Shown here: piece by piece, positions 12,361 through 23,039 of the stretch
Layout of the letters: each line of letters starts with the position of its first letter
How positions within the stretch are numbered: the first letter of the stretch is position 1
NCBI GenBank assembly: GCA_964016885.1
Contig: OZ024744.1
Location: 118,916,001-118,980,000 of the forward strand
Direction of reading: 5' to 3'
Length of the DNA stretch: 64,000 nt
Source of the DNA: Eledone cirrhosa
Lineage: Eukaryota
Made by a program: the position numbers and the translations under genes
The notes under the pieces: model-generated
The model's database searches: none
Told to the model about the DNA's origin: nothing
The model's input: only the letters and a program-made list of their open reading frames with translations

Positions 12361-15025
12361 ACACAAAAGCCTTCCCTAGTGAGGAATGTACATCCCAACA
12401 TAGCTTAGTTGTCAGCGACCTCACAGTCAGAACTAGACGAACCTGGAAACAGAGGCCAACCTGGAGAAGAAAGATCTGGAAGCTGAAAGACCCCTCAACC
12501 AGTAACAGATTTAAAGATATTTTACTCAACGCCTACGACAGTAAAGAAGAACAGATAGAGACATTCAATGTAGAAGAGAACTGGGAGTTCCTAAAAAATA
12601 ACTTACTGGAGGCGACGGATGAGGTCTGTGGCTGGAGTAAGACCTCAAGCAGGAGGAGAGTGACTTGGTGGTGGAACAATAAGGTAGATGAGGCAGTTAA
12701 GGCCAAGAGACAGGCATGGAAAGAATGGAAGAACGGGAGGAGCAGGGTACATTATATAGAGACCAAGAGGGAAGCTAGGCGACAAGTATACTTAGCTAGG
12801 AGGGAAGCAGAGGATAGAAAATTCAAGCATGTTTTGCAACGTGAGGACCAGAAACAGGAGGTGTTCAAGATTGCAAGGCAGTGTGTCAGAGAGAATTGTG
12901 ATGTCATTGGAGACAAGTGTATCCGGAATGATAAAGGTGAGCTTGCCCTCACAAGTGCTGAGAAGAAAGATGCATGGAAGAGTCATTATGATAGATTACT
13001 AAATGAGGAGAATGCATGGGAAGAAGAGACCCTACCCCAAGTAGACTCTATAGATGGGCCAGTAGTACAAGTCAGCAGCAGCGTAGTAAGTAAGGCAATC
13101 AAAGATATGAAGATGGGGAAGGCAACCGGTCCATCGGGTATAGCTGCCGAGATGCTGAAGGCATCTGGGTCTGTAGGTCACACTATAACCACACGTATTG
13201 TTAACCAGGTAATACTAGAAGGTGTCATACCAAAAGATTGGTGCAGTAGCATCATTGTCAACTGCTACAAAGGTAAAGGTGATGCACTAGATAGAGGAAA
13301 CTATAGAGGTATAAAGCAGATGGACCAGGTCATGAAAGTAACAGAAAGAGTTATAGCACAGTTGATTAGGGACCGGGTGAAAATAGACGAGATGCAATTT
13401 GGGTTTGTACCAGGAAGAGGCCCCACTGATGCCCTCTTCCTTGTGAGGCATTTACAGGAAAAGTACCTAGCTAAAAGTAAGCCACTCTACTTGGCATTTG
13501 TCAACCTTGAGAAAGCCTTTGACAGAGTTCCACGTGCAGTAATCTGGTGGGCTTTAGAAAACTAGGAGTAGATGAATGGCTTATGAAAGCGGTACAAGCC
13601 ATGTATAGGGGAGCAGTCAGCAAAGTTAGGATTAGCAATGAGTATAGCGAGGAATTTAGCGTACAGGTTGGGGTCCACCAGGGCTCTGTTCTTAGCCCCT
13701 CCTGTTCATCATAGTCCTGCAGGCAATAACGGAGGAGTTTAAGACCGGATGCCCATGGGAACTCCTGTATGCTGATGACCTCGCACTTATAGCTGAATCT
13801 ATGGTAGAACTAGAGAATAAATTCCAAACTTGGAAGCAGGGACTAGAAAGAAAGGGTCTCAAAGTCAACATGACAAAGATTAAGGTCCTTGTAAGTAGAC
13901 GAGAAAACAGAACCCAGATCCCCTCAGGGAAATGGCGTTGCTCAGTATGTAGGAAAGGTGTAGGTAGGAACTCCATTCTCTGCCCCAAATGCAAACAATG
14001 GGTACACAAGAGATGTAGCGGGATCTCAGGAAGCTTAATTAAGAATGTAGGCTTCACATGCAGCAGCTGTGCTGGGACAGCCAGCAGCAAACAGCCACAG
14101 GAAACAAGTACCACCAATCTCTGGGAGGGCTCTGTAGAAACAGTAGACAGCTTCTGCTACCTAGGTGACCGAATTAGCAGCGGAAGTGGGTGTTCAGAAA
14201 GTTCAATAACTAGGGTAAGAATGGGATGGAAGAAGTTTAGGGAACTACTACCACTACTAGCTGCAAAAGGCTTCTCCCTCAGAATGAAAGGCAGACTGTA
14301 TGATGCGTGTATCCGAACAGCGATGTTGCATGGTAGTGAGACCTGGGCGCTGAAGGTGGAAAACTTACGTAGATTAGAGAGAAACGAAGCCTGCATGCTC
14401 CGATGGATGTGTAACAGTAATATACGTGAACGACAAAGCATAAATGAATTGAGAGAGAGACTGAGCATAAGAGGAATCAAATGCTGTGTGCAGGAGAGGC
14501 GGTTGCGCTGGTATGGACATGTGATGCGTATGAAGGATGACAGCTGCATAAAAAGGTGCAGAGCACTAGAAGTCGATGGAAACCGCGGAGTGGGGAGACC
14601 CAAGATGACCTGGGATAAGGTGATAAAAGCTGATCTTACCCAATTACACCTCTCAAAGGCAATGACCTCTGGCGTCACGCATTAATACAGAGTACCCGAC
14701 CTCCCATGGGTACAAGCTGAAGCATATAGACAATATGCCCCCCCCCCCCACCGCAAGGTGGTCGTGGAGGTGCCACGGCAAAAAAGCACCCAGCCCACAC
14801 TGTAAAGTGGATGTGTAGGCGCCACGAAAAGGCACCCAGCACTCACTGTAAATGAGGGTGGTGTTAGGAAGGGCATCCAGCTGTAGAAATCAAGCCAAAT
14901 CAGTTCCTGTATGAGCAAGGCATGGTCAGCCGACCAGACACTGCCCACAACAGGACAACCCGTCTAACCCATGCTAGCGTGGAAGAATGGACGTAAAACG
15001 GTGATGATGATGATGATGATGATGA
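12361..15025 (+). mobile_element. 5'-truncated RTE-clade LINE pseudo-ORF: end of APE endonuclease, RT, PHD-like finger, 3' UTR and (GAT)n tail
   Basis: KAFPSEECTSQHSLVV (APE end), TWWWN, NYRGI, QFGF, KAFD, HQGS, YADD (~13768), LHGSETW, RLRWYGHV, GRP; frameshifts near 13560 and 13700; tail gatgatgat. Confidence 0.95.
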
Positions 15026-15069
15026 ATATATATTTCTTTTGGATGTTGATACTTATTTGTTTACAATAT

Positions 15070-15498
15070 TAAAAAAAAATGTCTTTATTCTAAAAATTCC
15101 CCTCATACCTACAGATGTTCCATTTCCAGTCAAACTAAGTTTTATTTCAATTAACAAATCTCAGGGTCAATCCCTCAAAGTGGTTGGACTCGATCTCTCT
15201 ACTACATGTTTCTCCCACGGTCAACTCTATGTTGGTTGCTCATGAGTTGGAAGTAGAAACAATTTATTCATTTGGACACCAACAAAAAATTACACAATGA
15301 ATATTGTTTACACTGAGGTGCTTCAAGATGGATAGATTTTCATTTTTAAATTCTATATCATTACAATTTTGATATTTTTTTATAGAATGTAGATATTTTG
15401 AAATAATTATGAGAAAAAAATATATATCTTCATATTTATTGTTTACTAATATGGATAAGAACAGCAGTAACCCGGGCAATGCTGGGTCATTCAGCTAG
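15070..15498 (+). mobile_element. Helitron 3' relic (PIF1-like helicase C-terminus, hairpin and CTAG end)
   Basis: IPLIPTDVPF...INKSQGQSLKVVGLDL...FSHGQLYVGCS; ends cccgggcaatgctgggtcattcagCTAGt. Confidence 0.85.
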
Positions 15499-15508
15499 TT
15501 TATATATA

Positions 15509-16460
15509 TTAGCGGCATTCGCCCTGGTCTGTACTGAGCTGAAATCTATTCATAAGGCACCTCGTGTCGTCTGTCGTAATGTCTTTTCATTAAAATAAAA
15601 GATGTTAAAAGGTATTTAGATATTGCGTAATATAATTTTAAAAATTTCTTTCGAATATCTAAATATAGAAAGTAATAAAGAAAATAATAGAAAAATGTAC
15701 TCTATGAAAATTATAAAACATTTACAGAACTTTGGGATATACAATGTTTTAATTTTTTTCTTTTGAGCATATATGAAGAGTTTGTGGGGTTTTCCTATTC
15801 TGGAACAACCTACATACAATTGATCATGTGAGAAACAGCCCTCTTCTAGATGGAGACCAACGCCTTGGGACTTGTTGATAGTCATTGTATAACTGACTCT
15901 CACTAGGAATTGCAATTGTTTGAAAGGAAAAGGGACATCTGTTGGTATTAGCGGTATCCAACGAGATATACCTTGGAGGAGGCCAGCTAAACCTGCATAG
16001 GTGTGAGCTGTCACACACACACACATTAGTGGTATTCTAGGTATAAATATGATGTCTCCCTTATCACATCCAATGAGGAGTTTAGGCTTCGATAATGTGA
16101 GGCTGTAGTTCAGTCACAACCATACATGTCTCATTGCTTGGCTGATCCAGGTTTCTGTGAAGCATGGTAACTGTGCCCTTCTCCAATTCAAGGTTGTGTG
16201 GCAACATACCGGACAGTTTCAGATTGATAGCACTGTCCCAGTCGACAACTTTGGCTATCTCCAGGAATCATTTGTGGGAAATTTTGTTAACTGTGATGTT
16301 TATGGGACAAGGGTTGCTCTTTCACACAGCCACTCCTCATTGGAATTGCAGATTTGGAAATTGGGGAACACTTCATTAAGCTTACAATGTTTTCCACAAT
16401 AGTACAAAAGGATGAAGGATCAAAACATCCTTCAGTATCAAGGGATTGCTTTTCTATAAG
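15509..16460 (-). mobile_element. Second Helitron relic with a longer degenerate helicase segment
   Basis: Minus-strand peptides VFPN...EWLCERA, SGMLPHNLEL...MLHRNLDQP, IPLIPTDVPFPFKQLQF...TINKSQG...FSH(D)QLYVGCSR; degenerate 3' end ...gggcgaatgccgctaa. Confidence 0.8.
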
Positions 16461-17121
16461 TTTAAACGGCTGAGAGGTGCTTAGCTGTAACTCCTTGTGT
16501 CCCCCTCCCTTCCAGCCTCTGTTATTCACACTGAAGAAACGTCCAAGGCTGGGAGAATATGAGGATCCCTGCCCCCAAATTCTGTTTTTGGAAAAGAAGT
16601 CATATCGAGGGTCAGATTAGTTGAAAACATAAGAAATCTTAAGTAAACAAAAAACTTTTCACGATTCCCAACTGCTGCTTTTTTATAAATTTAAACAACT
16701 GTGAATAGCTTATCTGTAACTCTGAGGGGTCCCCTCACTCTGTTTTTGAAAAAAGGAGTTGTTAGCAAGTGGATTGGATATCAGGTCGTTCGAAAACAAA
16801 GGAAAATACCTAGATAAGACAAAAACTCCCACAGAAGAAATCTCCAAGCAGAAAATTCCTAGGGTCACCACATCCCGTTCTCAGAGGAAAAAAATCAATT
16901 GTGAGCATTATTACCAATTTTATTTAGTTATCAGCACTCAAGGGAGAGCCATGTTTTACATCCAGTAGGTTTATATAGGCCCCATTATTAGACTATATTA
17001 TGTAGTCAATGTTACAGTGAAGCTTCTATCTTTATTTCAATTCTAGAATATATTAACAAATATTCCTAAACTTTTAATATATTTTTAATTAATTAAAATC
17101 TTTTTTTTCTTCTTTTAATAG

Positions 17122-17220
17122 ATTTTCTCATCATGTTTCTTCTTATAAAGGTTCCTGTGTGACATTGGTGTCGTTTGAAGGTAGAAATCTGTATTGTATC
17201 GCATCTGATTGTGGATGGAG
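17122..17220 (+). CDS. TLDc protein exon B: (R)FSHHVSSYKGSCVTLVSFEGRNLYCIASDCGW(R)
   Basis: Strong polypyrimidine tract plus tag acceptor; gtaaaa donor; 99 nt, phase 2-2; continues HGLSMNR-F. Confidence 0.9.
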
Positions 17221-17280
17221 GTAAAATCTTACTCTTAGAATTAGTATAACTGGATTTCTTCGTTATCATAAATTAGATAC

Positions 17281-18343
17281 ATTATCACCACTACCATCAC
17301 CACCATCACTACCTCCATCACCACTATCACCTCCACCACCACTACCATTACCTCCATCACTACCACCAACACAACCACCGCCATCACTACCACCAACACA
17401 ACCACTAACATAACCACCACCATCACTACCACCAACACAACCACTAACATAACCACCACCATCACTACCACCATCACTACCACCAACACAACCACTAACA
17501 TAACCACCACCATCACTACCACCAACACAACCACTAACATAACCACCACCATCACTACCACCAATACAACCACTAACATAACCACCACCATCACTACCAC
17601 CATCACTACCACCAACACAACCACTAACATAACCACCACCATCACTACCACCATCACTACCACCAACACAACCACTAACATAACCACCACCATCACTACC
17701 ACCATCACTACCACCAACACAACCACTAACATAACCACCACCATCACTACCACCAACACAACCACTAACATAACCACCACCATCACTACCACCATCACTA
17801 CCACCAACACAACCACTAACATAACCACCACCATCACTACCACCATCACTACCACCAACACAACCACTAACATAACCACCACCATCACTACCACCATCAC
17901 TACCACCAACACAACCACTAACATAACCACCACCATCACTACCACCATCACTACCACCAACACAACCACTAACACAACCACCACCATCACTACCACCAAC
18001 ACAACCACTAACACAACCACCACCATCACTACCACCACCATCACTATCACCACCATCACTACCACCAACACAACCACCACCATCACTACCACCAACACAA
18101 CCACCACCAACAACCATTGACACAACCACCACCAACACAACCACTAACACAACCACCACCATCACTACCACCAACACAACCACCACCAACACAACCATTA
18201 ACACAACCACCACCATTACTACCACCAACACAACCACCACCTTCACTACCACCAACACAACAACCATCACCATCACTACCTCCAACACTACCACCAACAC
18301 AACCACCACCATCACTACCACCAACACATCCACCACCATCACT
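17281..18343. repeat. ACC/ACT-rich low-complexity repeat with 33/45-bp higher-order units
   Basis: accaccatcactaccaccaacacaaccactaacata-type units. Confidence 0.95.
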
Positions 18344-18588
18344 AAAAGTAATGTATCAATACTATATTCCACAGAACTTCACATGCTGAACTGCTTGACA
18401 CAAACAAATATTACCAACTGCTCAAACGATGTCAATATGAAAATATATGCAGACACACACATACTTGTATTTAAGATGGCCCTCTATCATTTCTGACTAA
18501 CAAATTTCACTAGAATGGTATATTTTGTCTGAGGCTTGTATTGTAGATAAGTTTGTGCTTATCTACAAAAAATATTATACCTGATTTT

Positions 18589-19073
18589 GGTGTCGCAACA
18601 AAAATCACCCAGTCCACACTGTAAAGTGGTCATGTAGGTGTCATGACAAAAAGTACCCAGTACACACTGTAAAGTGGTCATGTAGGTGTCATGACAAAAA
18701 GTACCCAGTACATACTGTAAAGTGGTCATGTAGGTGTCACAACAAAAAGTACCCAGTCTACACTGTAAAGTGGTCATGTAGGTGTCACAACAAAAAGAAC
18801 CCAGTACACACTGTAAAGTGGTCATGTACGTGTCACAACAAAAAGTACCCAGTACACACTGTAAAGTGGTCATGTAGGTGCCACAACAAAAGGTACCCAG
18901 TAGACACTGTAAAGTGGTTGGTGTTAGGAAGGACATCCATCTGTAAAAACCAAGCCAGAACCAGTTCTGTGAGCAAGACGTCATCTGATCAGGCTTGTTT
19001 GACAACGTCAAGACAACTTGTCTAACCCATGCTAGCATGGAAAAATGGATGTTAAACGGTTGTGATGATGATT
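18589..19073 (+). mobile_element. RTE 3' end whose 48-bp UTR subrepeat is expanded to ~7 copies
   Basis: Seven 48-bp units run directly into gtggttggtgttaggaagg...tctaacccatgctagcatggaa...gatgatgat. Confidence 0.85.
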
Positions 19074-19084
19074 TGCCAGGTCCA

Positions 19085-19420
19085 CATGTATCGCAGTACT
19101 TTTCTTATGCAGCTTCGTGGCAATGCCCTTATGCTTGTCTTATGATAACCACTGGTTTCAAGTAACTCTTCCACTTTATCACATCCACTGCTTTATCAAT
19201 TATATGGAAAAACCCCAAAGTAAGTACATGACTGATCGAACATCGTACAAGGTTTGCTGGTTACTGCTTCCACACCAAAGATAAGATGGTTTCAGACCTT
19301 GTTGTGGGAGATCTCTTCTACCAGAAAGATAACCAGGATACCATAGCAAGAGACACTGGAATTGACAAGGAGACCTACAAACCTTGATGGTAAACAGAGA
19401 CTGTTGGTGTGAAGTTGTGC
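19085..19420 (+). mobile_element. Degenerate RTE-like LINE ORF C-terminal fragment
   Basis: Fragmentary RFAGYCF...MVSDLV and ...LMVNRDCW peptides. Confidence 0.4.
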
Positions 19421-19595
19421 TTGCTGTCTCACCTCAGGGTGATGGATTAGATAAGGTTGTAGATAAACATCAACGAACTTTGTTTTTTAATTAACTACTT
19501 CATGCACCATAATTTGTAGCCATTTCAGTAAATCTTTTAAACTGCCTCACAATAGTCCATGTTGTCAGGTGACATTATCCATAAACTTTTATTAA

Positions 19596-19785
19596 TGGTG
19601 GTAGATTGGCAGTAATTGGTAGAGCGTCAGACAACATGGTTTGTGGCATAGAGTTACGTTCTGAGTGGCTTTGCCTTTCATCCTTACAGGGTTCTATAAA
19701 ATAAAATTAGTAATACACTGGGGTTGATTTAATTGACTTTCCCCTTCCCTCAAATTATTGGCCTTATGTCTAAATCGGAAACCAT
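19596..19785 (+). mobile_element. tRNA-derived SINE
   Basis: Same family as the copies at 1017 and 1474. Confidence 0.7.
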
Positions 19786-20003
19786 TATTTACTATTGGTT
19801 TCACCATAATCAGTAGAGCGTCAAACATACTCATTATGTACGTAAATAAGAAACCATTATCCATAAAATTGTATGATACACATACACATACATTGGTATA
19901 GTTTTCTTTTTCTTTTTCTTCTTTCATCTCTTTCCTCTAGTTAAACATTTTACACATTAATTACTTCAGTTATTATATTAATCTTTACTTTTACCATTTT
20001 CAG

Positions 20004-20077
20004 AGAAGGATCAAAACGTTACGGAAGTGACGTATGTCTTTTGATACAGTTACTTCCTATTTACAGAGTTATACTAG
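20004..20077 (+). CDS. TLDc protein exon C: (R)EGSKRYGSDVCLLIQLLPIYRVIL(A)
   Basis: ttttcag acceptor, G|gtgagt donor, 74 nt, phase 2-1. Confidence 0.9.
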
Positions 20078-20338
20078 GTGAGTTATACATAGCTTTTGTG
20101 TTTTGAGCCAAGGTAAGCGGGAGCAAAGAAGGAAGAACATACAAGGGATCGATAACCACAATGTTGTGTGAAGAATGGGAATAATAATTGTTTCATTTCT
20201 CTCCAGGCTCTATATAACCTCTACATTGCCCATGTCTCACTACCATGTAACATTACATCAGATGTCCATTGGAACATGTTAGCTTCATTTCTCTCCATTC
20301 TCTGTATAACCTCTATATTAACTACCCATGTCTCACTA

Positions 20339-21920
20339 CCAGTTGTGTCTCCCTGTAGCAGTTGACAATGACACTGTTACACCAGTTGTCTCTCTCTAGT
20401 GTCTCCCTGTAGCAGTTGACAATGACACTGTTACACCAGTTGTCTCTCTCTAGTGTCTCCCTGTAGCAGTTGACAATGACACTGTTACACCAGTTGTGTC
20501 TCTCTTTAGTTTGTCTCCCTGTAGAAGTTGACAATGACACTGTTACACCAGTTGTGTCTCTCTCCAGTGTGTCTCCCAGTAACAGTTGACAATGACAGTT
20601 ATACCAGTTGTGTCTCTCTCTAGTGTCTCCCTGTAGCAGTTGACAATGACACTGTTACACCAGTTGTCTCTCTCTAGTGTCTCCCTGTAGCAGTTGACAA
20701 TGACACTGTTACACCAGTTGTCTCTCTCTAGTGTCTCCCTGTAGCAGTTGACAATGACACTGTTACACCAGTTGTGTCTCTCTTTAGTTTGTCTCCCTGT
20801 AGAAGTTGACAATGACACTGTTACACCAGTTGTGTCTCTCTCCAGTGTGTCTCCCAGTAACAGTTGACAATGACAGTTATACCAGTTGTGTCTCTCTCTA
20901 GTGTCTCCTTGTAACAGTTGACAATGACACTGTTACACCAGTTGTGTCTCTCTCTAGTATCTCCCTGTAGCAGTTGACAATGACACTGTTACACCAGTTG
21001 TGTCTCTCTTTAGTTTGTCTCCCTGTAGAAGTTGACAATGACACTGTTACACCAGTTGTGTCTCTCTCCAGTGTGTCTCCCAGTAACAGTTGACAATGAC
21101 AGTTATACCAGTTGTGTCTCTCTCTAGTGTGTCTCCCAGTAACAGTTGACAATGACAGTTATACCAGTTGTGTCTCTCTCTAGTGTGTCTCCCTGTAACA
21201 GTTGACAATGACACTGTTACACCAGTTGTGTCTCTAGTGTGTCTCCTTGTAGAAGTTGACAATGACACTGTTACACCAGTTGTGTCTCTCTCTAGTGTGT
21301 CTCCTTGTAGAAGTTGACAATGACACTGTTACACCAGTTGTCTCTCTAATTTGTCCCCCTTTAACAATTGACAATGACACTGTTACACCAGTTGTCTCTC
21401 TCTAGTGTGTCTCCCTGTAGCAGTTGACAATGACACTGTTACACCAGTTGTGTCTCTCTCTAGTGTCTCCCTGTAACAGTTGACAATGACACTGTTACAC
21501 CAGTTGTCTCTCTCTAGTGTGTCTCCCTGTAGCAGTTGACAATGACACTGTTACACCAGTTGTCTCTCTCTAGTGTCTCCCTGTAACAGTTGACAATGAC
21601 ACTGTTACACCAGTTGTCTCTCTCTAGTGTGTCTCCCTGTAGCAGTTGACAATGACACTGTTACACCAGTTGTGTCTCTCTCTAGTGTCTCCCTGTAACA
21701 GTTGACAATGACACTGTTACACCAGTTGTGTCTCTCTCTAGTGTCTCCCTGTAACAGTTGACAATGACACTGTTACACCAGTTGTGGATCTCCCTAGTGT
21801 GTCTCCATGTAACAGTTGACAATGACACTGTTACACCAGTTGTGGATCTCCCTAGTGTGTCTCCATGTAACAGTTGACAATGACACTTTTACACCAGTTG
21901 TGTCTCTCCCTAGTGTGTCT
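20339..21920 (-). repeat. ~54-bp (52-59) tandem array, ~28 copies, derived from RTE RT coding sequence
   Basis: Minus unit aactggtgtaacagtgtcattgtcaactgctacagggagacactagagagagac (NWCNSVIVNCYRETLERD) aligns to the RTE at ~13236-13300 (DWCSSIIVNCYKGKGDALDR). Confidence 0.93.
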
Positions 21921-21929
21921 AATATGGTC

Positions 21930-22370
21930 AAAGCCAGTTAGATGTAGACTCCTGGATGAAGTCTTGGTTGGCCAATTTGGACTCATTCCATGATCTTCAC
22001 TCTTCCTTCAGATCAAAGTTGTTGTCTTGAAGGCTCTACAATGATTCCCAGAATTGTTTGCGTGCTTTCAAGCACACATTGGGAAGATTTTCCAGGTTTC
22101 ATGCATGGGAATGTCTGGCTTGTACTTGGTAAGAAGTGCTGCCTCACGCATCATCTGCTGATGAGAAATGGTAGACAGCCATGGAGTAGGTGTATATTTC
22201 AGTGTGCCAGATAGTATTCTCATTGCTGAGTTGACGATGGTGTCATCTTGCTTGGCATGACAGCTCTCTACCTACACTGGTGAACACTAAGAACTCTGCC
22301 CCTGAGTAAGCAAATGTGAAGCACACAATTCTGAGATAGCAACCTTCATGTGATCCACTGTACAGAATTC
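21930..22370 (-). mobile_element. Degenerate LINE (RTE-like) 3' ORF fragment
   Basis: Weak remnants of late-ORF motifs near a (G)RP-like segment; heavily decayed. Confidence 0.3.
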
Positions 22371-22772
22371 ATTCCAACTAATGCCATTGTTAGATATATG
22401 TACAACTTGTATAATAAAGAAATATTTATTATAATAAAGCACTGTTAGTCTGTCTGCCCTTCTGTCACACTCACTCTATATACAGAGGGTGAGTGCCAAG
22501 CGAGAGATATGTACATAGATAGAGAGAGTGTTACAGAAAGAGGGAGAAGGTGTTGTCTAGTAACTATTATTAAGGCAGTGGATTGCTAGAATTAGTAATA
22601 ATAATAATAAGTTTAATTATTGATATTAATCAACACTTTGTTGACATTCTTCATGTTCCTTTCATAATTTAATCATTCTGTTTTGTTTAATTACTTATTG
22701 ATTCTGTTTTATTAGTTATTAATCCCGTTTTATCAGTTACTGATCCCGTTTTATTCTGATTCTGTTTTATAG

Positions 22773-22927
22773 CTGGACCAAATATACTTCTGTGGAATGA
22801 ATACAACAGAGAGATGAAGAAAGGTATTGAGATAGGCCGAGACCACAAATCTTTGATTCTTGAAATACCTTCAGAATTCCACACTGTGAAACATTATGGT
22901 GTTTCATGTCAATTACACAGAGTTGAA
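22773..22927 (+). CDS. TLDc protein exon D: (A)GPNILLWNEYNREMKKGIEIGRDHKSLILEIPSEFHTVKHYGVSCQLHRVE
   Basis: ttttatag acceptor, gtaact donor, 155 nt, phase 1-0, open reading frame. Confidence 0.9.
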
Positions 22928-23039
22928 GTAACTATCTTTTTACAAACATTATTATTGTTGTGTTATTTCGTTTAGCTCAGTTCTGTTTCTCTATTGCTGG
23001 GTTCAGGCCTTGAACCTAGGACAATAGAGGTTTCCATTG

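Noticed and set aside
13692-14678. Antisense ORFs over the RTE (also 31122-31937, and + strand ORFs over the Gypsy element)
   Set aside because: Shadow frames of element coding sequence with no recognisable motifs.
15039-16026. Host PIF1 helicase gene
   Set aside because: Fragmentary, frameshifted and followed by Helitron-type termini.
17241-18389. Long V/M-rich, G/S/D-rich and P/T-rich ORFs
   Set aside because: Translations of an ACC-rich microsatellite inside an intron.
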